From Candidatus Avispirillum faecium (GTDB taxonomy: Bacteria; Bacillota; Clostridia; Oscillospirales; CAG-272): DNA of 64,000 bases. Where the stretch lies: assembly GCA_904396155.1 (NCBI GenBank), contig CAJFOI010000034.1, positions 16,959 to 80,958 of the forward strand, in the 5' to 3' direction. Below, piece after piece: positions 30,120 to 37,389 of this stretch. Under the pieces are notes generated by a model. It did not search any database and had not been told where the DNA came from. It saw only the letters and a program-made list of their open reading frames with translations. The position numbers and the translations under genes were made by a program. Every line of letters starts with the position of its first letter. Within the stretch, counting starts at the first letter, position 1.

Positions 30120-30628
30120 ATGTGTAAGTGGATATGTTGTTTACAACCCCTCCGCCGCAACTATGTTGCGGCACCTCCCCTTGCACAGGGGAGGCTCGAA
30201 TTAGAAGGCTCCCTTGTGGGGAGGTGCGCAGCACCTCCGGGGGCATCCCGCGAAGCGGGTGAGGGATTGTCTTCTGTACAACCCTTCCATCACGGCTGCG
30301 CCGTGCCACCTCCCCAGCAACTCCTGTGGAGCTGCGACACAGGGGAGGCTCGAATTAGAAGGCTCCCTTGTGGGGAGATGCGCAGCACCTCCAGGGGCAT
30401 CCCGCGAAGCGGGTGAGGGATTGTTCTCTGTACAACCCTTCCGTCACGGCTGCGCCGTGCCACCTCCCCAGCAACTCCTGTGGAGCTGCGACACAGGGGA
30501 GGCTCGAATTAAATAGGTCCCTTGTGGGGAATTGTAAAGCAACTCTCGCACAAGGGAGACTAGAAAAAAGAAGGCCCCCTTGTGTAAAGGGGGCTGTCAG
30601 CGTGAGCTGACTGGGGGATTGTTTTTTC
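30120..30628 (+). repeat. mosaic hairpin-module repeat cluster C
   Basis: Begins with the same module as cluster B (30143 ACAACCCCTCCGCCGCA...CACAGGGGAGGCTCGAATTAGAA). Ends with the identical 38-mer AAGGGGGCTGTCAGCGTGAGCTGACTGGGGGATTGTTT (30587-30624). The 24-mer CCCGCGAAGCGGGTGAGGGATTGT occurs at 30247 and 30401. Confidence 0.9.
30207..30514 (+). repeat. two tandem 154-bp units inside cluster C
   Basis: Units 30207-30360 and 30361-30514 align base for base with about 7 differences. Confidence 0.9.
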
Positions 30629-30681
30629 ATTGGAACAAACTACATACCGTGAAAGGAAGAATTTGAAAAAAACATCCGGTG

Positions 30682-30710
30682 TTGACATGGACATTTCATT
30701 GATATATAAT
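30682..30710 (+). promoter_or_regulatory. consensus sigma-70-type promoter
   Basis: TTGACA (30682-30687), 17-nt spacer, TATAAT (30705-30710). Confidence 0.75.
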
Positions 30711-30714
30711 ATTC

Positions 30715-30880
30715 TTGCCACGCAAGTGAATATGCTACACGGTATACGTATGCCTTTTGCCTTTGGTAAAAACGCATGCTCTCTTTTCGCATACCTATAC
30801 CGTATGTAGAAAAACTTGTGTGGCAGCAACGGAGCTGTGCGTTTTTCGGTGCGCGGCTTCGGCTGCGCACTTTTTTATTT
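30715..30880 (+). ncRNA. candidate structured leader RNA / small RNA ending in an intrinsic terminator (unknown class)
   Basis: Starts at the predicted transcription start. A 12-bp closing helix pairs TTGCCACGCAAG (30715-30726) with CTTGTGTGGCAG (30825-30836). It encloses an imperfect hairpin of about 18 bp (30735-30753 with 30789-30809). This is followed by the terminator GTGCGCGGC-TTCG-GCTGCGCAC plus TTTTTT (30849-30876). Confidence 0.4.
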
Positions 30881-30948
30881 ATTGGGAGGAGTGAGAGGGC
30901 AGCTGAGAACATAGACCCCGGCGGGATTTACAGAAAGGAGGAGAAAAC

Positions 30949-31296
30949 ATGGTGGAAGGCAAACTCAAACATAAGAAAAACAAATTTGGGAATCTTGGAA
31001 AAACAGTTCAAAAGTTTGCACACGTTGCATTTATAGTTGCCGTGGCTTTTATCATCATCTGGATGATAATTTCTGTTTATCTGGTTGTGATTGCGCAGCA
31101 GTGGTTTAGCATTCCTTTCATTCTTGGGATCGGACTTTTATCGATTTGTGCAATCTGGCTGGCATGGGCGCTGATTTCCTGTTTTGCAGAGATTTCCATA
31201 CAGCTGACCAGAATCGCCGATCGAGGACAAGCCGGGTGGAAGGTGCAGTTGGAGGGGGACAGAAAGGGGGAAGAAGAGAAAAAGAAGGAGAGGTAA
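30949..31296 (+). CDS. small membrane protein (115 aa, 2-3 TM helices, Lys/Glu-rich tail), hypothetical
   Basis: Ribosome-binding site AAAGGAGGAG 7 nt upstream. Hydrophobic helices VAFIVAVAFIIIWMIISVYLVVI and FILGIGLLSICAIWLAWALISCF. The TAA stop is followed by 27 further in-frame sense codons. Confidence 0.65.
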   Translation: MVEGKLKHKKNKFGNLGKTVQKFAHVAFIVAVAFIIIWMIISVYLVVIAQQWFSIPFILGIGLLSICAIWLAWALISCFAEISIQLTRIADRGQAGWKVQLEGDRKGEEEKKKER

Positions 31297-31380
31297 AAAG
31301 AAGAACAGGAGAGCGCGGAAAAAAAGAAAGCAGACAAAGAATACAAAGATTTCGTAGACAACATGATGACAAAACGGTAA

Positions 31381-31410
31381 AAAAGAAGCTTCTATGAAGC
31401 TTCTTTTTTT
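31381..31410 (+). terminator. intrinsic terminator
   Basis: AAAAGAAGCTTC-TAT-GAAGCTTC stem followed by TTTTTTTAT. Confidence 0.75.
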
Positions 31411-31560
31411 ATTTCCCAACAAAATCCAGCCCCGCCTAATTTGTGCAAAACATGTATATTCTCTGCTGTCTTGGCAATGCTAACGGATGAAATCAATTGA
31501 AGGCCGGACAGGTACTGTGTGCCTGTGTATTTCATCGGCTGTATGGAAAGGAAAATAGAG

Positions 31561-32886
31561 ATGAAACGATTTGTAGCGCTGTTTTGTACCCTGGTATTGG
31601 CAGCTTCCCTTTTTACCTCCTGCGGTACACGGGAGAGCGGAACGGAAGGGGACGAGGACAAAACTGTGTTAAAGGTAGCAGTTTTGGAATCTGCCTACGG
31701 CAAGACGATGTGGGAGGATGTAGCTGCCGCTTATGAGGCGGATCATCCGGATGTTAGAATCGAGCTGACTGCAGAGAAAAATCTGGAGGATGTGATCGGC
31801 TCCAAAATGAAGTCTGGAGACTACCCGGATGTGGTTCATCTTGCCACGGGAAGGGAAGCGGGACTTACGGAAACCATGATTCGGGAAAACTCGCTGGCGG
31901 ACATTTCTGACATTCTGGACAAAAAGGTTTTTGGAGAAGATGTGTCCGTGGGAGAAAAACTGATCGACGGGTTTACCGACACTGCGGCGACAAATCCGTA
32001 TGATGACGACAAAATGTATATGGCCCCCATGTTTTATGGCCCCTGCGGTCTGTTTTACAACGCGGGTCTGTTTGCGGAGAAAAACTGGACGGTGCCTACA
32101 ACGTGGGATGAGATGTGGGAACTGGGTCAAAAGGCGGAGGAGGAAGGCATCGCCCTGTTTACCTACCCCACTACGGGATATTTTGATTCGCTTATGTATG
32201 CGCTGCTCTGTGAGACTGGCGGGGTGGACTTTTACAACGACTGTATGCGTTATGAAGAAGGCATCTGGGACAAGGAGGAGGCCAGAGAAGCGCTGGATAT
32301 TGTGGCGCGGCTCGCTTCTTATACGGAACCTACCACGGTTGCAAATGCAAACAATGACAACTATTTGAAAAACCAGCAGCTGATTTTGGACAACAAGGCG
32401 CTGTTTATGCCCAACGGCACCTGGGTCGTTGGAGAAATGGTAGATGCTCCAAAGGCAGACGGTTTTGAATGGGGGTTCATGTCTCTGCCGGCCATGGAAA
32501 GCGGCAAAGATCGGTATTCCTTCACCTATTTTGAACAGATTTGGGTGCCGGAAAATGCGAAGCATAAAGAGGAAGCAAAAGACTTTATCGCGTACCTGTA
32601 TTCCGACAAGGCTGTGCAGATTTTCGCCGAGTCGGGCGCCATCCAGCCGGTCCAGGGTGTCAGCGAGATCCTGGAAGGAGACAACAAGCTGTTTTACAGC
32701 ATATATGATACCGGCGCAAAGGCTGTGCTGGGCGGATTTGCCGCCACAGATCCCGTAGAGGGCGTCAGCATGACAGATACGCTGTTTGGGACCATCAACA
32801 GCATAGTATCGGGGGATAAAACGGTAGACGAATGGCAAGCGGCCATCAAAAGCGCCAGTGACAGTCTGCGGGGAGCGCTGAAGTAA
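31561..32886 (+). CDS. ABC transporter extracellular sugar-binding lipoprotein (GNB/LNB-type locus)
   Basis: Lipobox in MKRFVALFCTLVLAASLFTSCG. Family-1 solute-binding protein features. Followed by two permeases and a GH112 gene. Confidence 0.9.
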   Translation: MKRFVALFCTLVLAASLFTSCGTRESGTEGDEDKTVLKVAVLESAYGKTMWEDVAAAYEADHPDVRIELTAEKNLEDVIGSKMKSGDYPDVVHLATGREAGLTETMIRENSLADISDILDKKVFGEDVSVGEKLIDGFTDTAATNPYDDDKMYMAPMFYGPCGLFYNAGLFAEKNWTVPTTWDEMWELGQKAEEEGIALFTYPTTGYFDSLMYALLCETGGVDFYNDCMRYEEGIWDKEEAREALDIVARLASYTEPTTVANANNDNYLKNQQLILDNKALFMPNGTWVVGEMVDAPKADGFEWGFMSLPAMESGKDRYSFTYFEQIWVPENAKHKEEAKDFIAYLYSDKAVQIFAESGAIQPVQGVSEILEGDNKLFYSIYDTGAKAVLGGFAATDPVEGVSMTDTLFGTINSIVSGDKTVDEWQAAIKSASDSLRGALK

Positions 32887-32899
32887 AATTTTCAAGGTA

Positions 32900-32925
32900 C
32901 GGCAGGACGGAATACCGTCCTGCCG
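32900..32925 (+). other. intercistronic stem-loop between the binding-protein and permease genes
   Basis: Perfect 11-bp stem CGGCAGGACGG-AATA-CCGTCCTGCCG with no T-run. This is the typical position of an mRNA-stabilising hairpin in ABC operons. Confidence 0.5.
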
Positions 32926-32952
32926 ATCCCTCTGGGAAAGGATCACGGATTT

Positions 32953-33846
32953 ATGCGAAAACAAAAGGGACGGCGGGGATTTCTCGCCGTATGTACCATT
33001 CCTGCACTGGTTTTGTTCGGCATTTTTATGATTTACCCGACCCTGAATATTTTTATCATTTCCATGTACAAGTGGGGTGGCTATTCCCAGAACAGGGAAT
33101 TCGTAGGGCTGGACAACTTTGTCAAGCTGTTTTCCGACGCAAAGTTCTGGCAATCCTTTCAAAATACTGTGCTGCTCATTGTGGTGGTGACAATCGTCAC
33201 CATGGCGATGGCACTGATAACGGCGGCTGTACTCACCAGAGAAAAGCTGCGTTTCAAGGGATTTTTCCGGGTGATTTTTTATATTCCCAATATATTGTCT
33301 GCTGTGGTCATCGCTGCGATCTTTTCCGCCATATATGATCCCAGCAGAGGACTGCTGAATACATTACTTTCCCTGTTTACCGGAGGAAGGGCGGGACAGG
33401 TACTCTGGCTGGGAGATCAGAAAATTGTCATTTACAGCATTGCCATTGCCATGATCTGGCAGGCGGTAGGATATTATATGGTGATGTACACCGCGTCCAT
33501 GTCTTCCGTTCCGGAGAGTATGTACGAAGCGGCTTCACTGGAAGGGGCGGGCAGAGTGCGGCAGTTTTTCTCTATTACCATTCCTCTGATCTGGACCAAC
33601 ATCCGCACGACCCTCACCTTTTTCATCATCAGCTCCATCAATATCAGCTTTTTGCTGGTACGGGCCATGACCAGCGGCGGACCGGACGGATCGACGGAGG
33701 TGTTTCTCAGTTATATGTACAAGCAGGCGTACACCAATTCTTCCTACGGATACGGTATGGCCATCGGTGTGCTTGTCTTCCTCTTTTCCTTTGCCCTGTC
33801 CGGGCTCATCAATCTGGTGACCCGCCGGGAGAGTATTGATTTGTAG
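32953..33846 (+). CDS. carbohydrate ABC transporter permease (MalF-like)
   Basis: 297 aa, six TM helices, EAA-type loop (YEAASLEGAGRVRQFFSITIPL). Confidence 0.92.
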   Translation: MRKQKGRRGFLAVCTIPALVLFGIFMIYPTLNIFIISMYKWGGYSQNREFVGLDNFVKLFSDAKFWQSFQNTVLLIVVVTIVTMAMALITAAVLTREKLRFKGFFRVIFYIPNILSAVVIAAIFSAIYDPSRGLLNTLLSLFTGGRAGQVLWLGDQKIVIYSIAIAMIWQAVGYYMVMYTASMSSVPESMYEAASLEGAGRVRQFFSITIPLIWTNIRTTLTFFIISSINISFLLVRAMTSGGPDGSTEVFLSYMYKQAYTNSSYGYGMAIGVLVFLFSFALSGLINLVTRRESIDL

Positions 33847-33867
33847 GGACTGCGTCCGGAGGTGTTT

Positions 33868-34725
33868 ATGAACAAAGGAGATAAATTGTACCGGGCGTTT
33901 ATTTACCTGGTGCTGATCATTTTTGCGCTGACCATCATCATCCCTGTAGGGTGGGTGTTTCTCGCTTCTCTCAAGGAAAATTCTGAGTTTTATCAAAACC
34001 CATGGTCACTGCCCGCCGGATTTTATTTTGAAAATTTTGTACGGGCCTGGAGAGAGGCCCACATGGGGGATTATTTTCTCAATTCTGTCATTGTAACGGC
34101 GACTGCGCTGGCCATTCTTTTGGTAGTGGCGCTTCCGGCAGCTTATGTGTTGGCCAGGTACAAATTCGGCGGACGCCGTCTGATGCGCACGCTTTTTATG
34201 GGCGGCTTATTTGTCAACGTCAGCTATATCGTGGTGCCCATCTTTTTGATGCTGGTAGATGCGGGAAATCTGGTGGGATCTCCGATTTTTCTCAACAACC
34301 GGTTTGTGCTGGCACTGGTGTATGCTTCTACTGCACTGCCGTTTACCATCTACCTCTTGTCCGGCTACTTCCAAACGCTGCCCCGGGAATACGAGGAGGC
34401 AGCTTACGTAGATGGCAGCGGATATATGCAGACCATGATCCGCGTGATGATTCCCATGGCCCGGCCTTCTGTTATTACAGTAATTTTATTTAATTTCCTT
34501 TCCTTTTGGAACGAATATATCATTGCGATCACACTCATGACCCAGGACTGGGCAAAGACGCTTCCGGTGGGGCTCATGAATCTGATGAAGGCGCAGAACG
34601 CCGCAGCCCAGTACGGGCAGATGTATGCAGGCCTTGTGATCGTCATGCTGCCTACTCTGATTTTGTATATCCTGGTACAGAAGAAGCTCACTCAAGGTAT
34701 GAATGTGGGCGGGTTGAAAGACTAA
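33868..34725 (+). CDS. carbohydrate ABC transporter permease (MalG-like)
   Basis: EAAYVDGSGYMQTMIRVMIPMARP loop. The ATG at 33868 sits 5 nt after GGAGG. Confidence 0.92.
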   Translation: MNKGDKLYRAFIYLVLIIFALTIIIPVGWVFLASLKENSEFYQNPWSLPAGFYFENFVRAWREAHMGDYFLNSVIVTATALAILLVVALPAAYVLARYKFGGRRLMRTLFMGGLFVNVSYIVVPIFLMLVDAGNLVGSPIFLNNRFVLALVYASTALPFTIYLLSGYFQTLPREYEEAAYVDGSGYMQTMIRVMIPMARPSVITVILFNFLSFWNEYIIAITLMTQDWAKTLPVGLMNLMKAQNAAAQYGQMYAGLVIVMLPTLILYILVQKKLTQGMNVGGLKD

Positions 34726-34748
34726 AAGGGGAAAGGAACCTTTTGCAG

Positions 34749-36923
34749 ATGAAAAAACACGGACGTTTCACCATTCCCACCCAGGCAGGTTTTCTGGAAG
34801 AAACAAAGGACCTCATCCGCCGCTGGGGTGCGGATGCGATCCGCAACAGCGACGGGACAGAGCTCACCGGGGAGATGGAGGCCTTTCGGCCGGCAAAGAT
34901 CTATTCCACCTACTTTGTGGCCAGAGGCTACAACGAATTTGCCCGCGCCCATCTGGAGGAGCGGCAGCGGATTTTTTTGATGAGCTGCCGGCACACGGCT
35001 GTGGAGACGAGACTGTCCTTTCCAATTATGGAGGGATATTTTGATCTCCAGCTGGAGCCGGACTACGACTGGGATCCGGAGCACAACTGGGAAGTGCGGG
35101 ACCGGACCCAGGGCACGGTGGTCGCCGGGGAACTGGTGACGATAGACCGAGAATCGGGAGTCGCAGTGATCGAAAAGACAGTGCCCGGACATGTGTACAC
35201 CCTGTCGTTTCCGGCATTTATCAATTGGGATCCCACCCAGATGTACAATTATATCACCAACAACTGGCAGGACCGGGAGCGGGACATTCCCTTTGATGCA
35301 CACGGGCAGCTTTCCTGGGCCTATATGAAGACGGCCCTGTCCCACTGGCTGTCCCAGAATCCCCAGGTGGATGTGGTGCGGTTTACCACTTTCTTCTATC
35401 ATTTTACTTTAGTATACAACGACTCCGGAAAAGAAAAATATGTGGACTGGCTGGGATATGGAGGCACTGTTTCGCCGGAAGCGCTGATCGGGTTTGAAAA
35501 GGAATACGGATATAAGCTGTGTCCAGAGGACTTTGTAGACGAGGGATACTATAACAATTCCTTCCGTCCGCCTCGCCAGGCATACCTGGACTATATGGAA
35601 TATATCCAGCGCTTTGTCAGCGAGCGGGCGGCACAGCTGGTGGAAATAGTCCACGATGCTGGCAAGGAAGCCATGATGTTTTTGGGGGACAACTGGATCG
35701 GTGCCGAGCCGTATGGGAAGTTTTTTCAAAACATCGGCCTGGACGCAGTAGTCGGTAGCGTAAACAGCGGCGTCACCCTGCGCATGATTGCCGACATCCC
35801 CCATGTTAAATATACAGAGGCGCGTTTTTTGCCCTATTTTTTTCCGGACACTTTTTATCCGGGGGGCCATCCGGAGCGGGAGGCTATGGAAAACTGGCTG
35901 GCCGCCCGGCGGGCAATTTTGCGCAGTCCGGTGTCCCGGATTGGGTACGGGGGATATTTGCACCTTGCCGCAGAATTTCCGGCATTTGTAGAATGTGTGG
36001 AAAATATTGCGGAAGAATTCCGCACAATTTTAGATACCATTGAGGGATACGCGCCTTATGCACCCATAACCGTTGCGGTGCTGAACTGCTGGGGAGAGCT
36101 GCGTTCCTGGCAGAGCTATATCGCAGCCCACGGGATGGTGTATAAGCAGACGTATTCCTATCTGGGGGTCCTGGAGGCGCTCAGCGGCATGGCGGTCCAG
36201 GTGCGGTTTATCCGATTTTCAGATATTGCCGAAAATGGAGTTCCAGAGGATGTTGATGTAATCATCAATGCCGGGGACGCAGGCACTGCCTTTTCCGGCG
36301 GCGCTTCCTGGAACGACGCGGCGCTTTTGGAAAAGCTGCGCATGTGGATCTGGCAGGGCGGCGGATGGATTGGAATCGGAGATCCCTCGGCGTCTCCCCG
36401 CCAGGGAAGGTATTTTCAATTGAGTGACGTGCTCGGCGTGGACCGGGAACAGGGCTTTACCATTCCGGAAGACAAGTATTTTACAAAGCAGGTAGAGGCG
36501 CACTTTATCACAGAAGATATGGTAGGTCCAATCGATTTCGGCGAATGTAAAAAGAACGTGTATGCCTGCACGCCCGATTGTGAAATCTTGGAATATTTCG
36601 ATGGAGAAGTGCATCTCAGCGCAAATACCTATGGCAAAGGCAGGGCGGTATATATAGCCGGGCTTCCATACAGCAGTCAGAATACGCGCCTTTTGCTGCG
36701 CAGCTTGTATTATGCGGCAGGCATGGAGGAGCGGCTGCATGTATTTTATGCGGAAAGTCCCTGCTGCGAGGTGCATGGATACCCCGACTGCGGCAAATAC
36801 GCCCTTGTAAACAATACCATGGAAAGCCGCACTACCCGATTTTGGGACGGCGCCGGCAGGGAGCATACGGTGCAGCTGGCGCCCGGAGAAATTCGGTGGA
36901 TGGATATGGAGGCGGCAGAATGA
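34749..36923 (+). CDS. lnpA: 1,3-beta-galactosyl-N-acetylhexosamine phosphorylase (GH112, lacto-N-biose/galacto-N-biose phosphorylase)
   Basis: Collinear by eye with Bifidobacterium LnpA. Shared segments: GRFTIPTQ, WGADAIRNSDGTEL, DVVRFTTFFYHFTL, MMFLGDNWIGAEPY, RMIADIPHVKYTEARFLPYFFPDTFY, RRAILRSPVSRIGYGGYL, GLPYS. Start set at MKKHGRF. Confidence 0.93.
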   Translation: MKKHGRFTIPTQAGFLEETKDLIRRWGADAIRNSDGTELTGEMEAFRPAKIYSTYFVARGYNEFARAHLEERQRIFLMSCRHTAVETRLSFPIMEGYFDLQLEPDYDWDPEHNWEVRDRTQGTVVAGELVTIDRESGVAVIEKTVPGHVYTLSFPAFINWDPTQMYNYITNNWQDRERDIPFDAHGQLSWAYMKTALSHWLSQNPQVDVVRFTTFFYHFTLVYNDSGKEKYVDWLGYGGTVSPEALIGFEKEYGYKLCPEDFVDEGYYNNSFRPPRQAYLDYMEYIQRFVSERAAQLVEIVHDAGKEAMMFLGDNWIGAEPYGKFFQNIGLDAVVGSVNSGVTLRMIADIPHVKYTEARFLPYFFPDTFYPGGHPEREAMENWLAARRAILRSPVSRIGYGGYLHLAAEFPAFVECVENIAEEFRTILDTIEGYAPYAPITVAVLNCWGELRSWQSYIAAHGMVYKQTYSYLGVLEALSGMAVQVRFIRFSDIAENGVPEDVDVIINAGDAGTAFSGGASWNDAALLEKLRMWIWQGGGWIGIGDPSASPRQGRYFQLSDVLGVDREQGFTIPEDKYFTKQVEAHFITEDMVGPIDFGECKKNVYACTPDCEILEYFDGEVHLSANTYGKGRAVYIAGLPYSSQNTRLLLRSLYYAAGMEERLHVFYAESPCCEVHGYPDCGKYALVNNTMESRTTRFWDGAGREHTVQLAPGEIRWMDMEAAE

Positions 36924-37084
36924 AAGCGATACGCTATATTCTCATGACGGGGCTTTTTGCGGTGAGCATCGCGCTGATCGTAGTGTTTCAGCGGCATATC
37001 GGTGCCGTATACGCCGGGATCATGCTGCTGGGCACCTGTGGGCTGCTGTTTTTGCTTTGGGTGTACAACCGAAAATACAGATAG
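36920..37084 (+). CDS. small two-TM membrane protein (54 aa), hypothetical
   Basis: ATGA overlap with the lnpA stop. Two hydrophobic helices. Ends directly before the terminator. Confidence 0.45.
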   Translation: MKAIRYILMTGLFAVSIALIVVFQRHIGAVYAGIMLLGTCGLLFLLWVYNRKYR

Positions 37085-37119
37085 AAAAACACCTGGGATG
37101 TGTTTCCCAGGTGTTTTTC
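37085..37119. terminator. bidirectional intrinsic terminator (lnpA operon on +, ilvBN on -)
   Basis: AAAAACACCTGGGA-loop-TCCCAGGTGTTTTT. Confidence 0.85.
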
Positions 37120-37121
37120 TG

Positions 37122-37376
37122 TCATTTTGCAAAATTTACGGTAGACATCAAGGTAACTTCCTTTACGTCGTACAGCTTGGAAAGCTGCCGCACCATCTGC
37201 GTCTGTATTGCCGCGTCCCCTCTGGATACGATCAGCATTCTGGAAAATTTGGGATCGGAAGTTTCGTTTACATTCAGGCTGTCGATGTTGTATCCCCGCC
37301 GGGCATACAGCCCAGTGATCCGGTTGAGGACGCCGTACCGGTTGGCCACAATCAATTCTATTGTAAATTTTTCCAT
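37122..37376 (-). CDS. ilvN: acetolactate synthase small (regulatory, ACT-domain) subunit
   Basis: MEKFTIELIVANRYGVLNRITGLYARRGYNIDSLNV is the typical start. 84 aa. Begins 14 nt after the ilvB stop. Confidence 0.88.
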   Translation of the reverse strand: MEKFTIELIVANRYGVLNRITGLYARRGYNIDSLNVNETSDPKFSRMLIVSRGDAAIQTQMVRQLSKLYDVKEVTLMSTVNFAK

Positions 37377-37389
37377 CAAAGCGTCCTTT

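Noticed and set aside
30207-30514. A CRISPR array as an explanation for the regularly spaced repeats in cluster C.
   Set aside because: There are only two 154-bp units, they are directly abutting with no unique spacers, and no cas genes or leader are present. The units are mosaics of modules also found at 3945-4141 and 24490-24975.
24504-30628. A composite transposon or mobile island carrying aspS-gatCAB, bounded by clusters B and C.
   Set aside because: There is no transposase, integrase or recombinase. There are no terminal inverted repeats or target-site duplication that I could see. The same modules also occur at an unrelated site (3945-4141). I kept only the observation of direct flanking repeats as a finding.
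30715-30880. Known riboswitch classes that control small membrane proteins (fluoride/crcB, guanidine-II mini-ykkC, guanidine-III) as the identity of the structured leader.
   Set aside because: I could not find their conserved cores. There are no paired ACGR tetraloop hairpins and no crcB-motif pseudoknot sequences. The downstream protein does not look like CrcB or an SMR transporter.
31294-31296. Stop-codon reassignment (an alternative genetic code) as an explanation for the in-frame TAA.
   Set aside because: TAA, TAG and TGA each terminate well-conserved genes in this window at the expected lengths. Examples are TAA for the 167..1882 gene and ntpD, TAG for aspS-gatC, and TGA for the GH20 gene and fhs.
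31077-31422. Overlapping ORFs on both strands across the purine-rich stretch (31077..31364, 31118..31372, 31138..31422, 31146..31397).
   Set aside because: These are a low-complexity AAG/GAA-rich sequence that is open in several frames. Only the frame continuous with the membrane-protein gene has a ribosome-binding site and sensible hydrophobic helices.
34506-34748. N-terminal extensions suggested by the ORF track. Examples: lnpA from 34506, the 41247 start of the HExxH protein, the ABC-2 permease to 40964, ilvB to 39126, ntpF to 8401, htrA from 22091, and the M15 peptidase from 20961.
   Set aside because: The extensions overlap upstream genes or terminators, lack ribosome-binding sites and have non-protein-like composition. 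Internal starts match the conserved family N-termini and have Shine-Dalgarno sequences.
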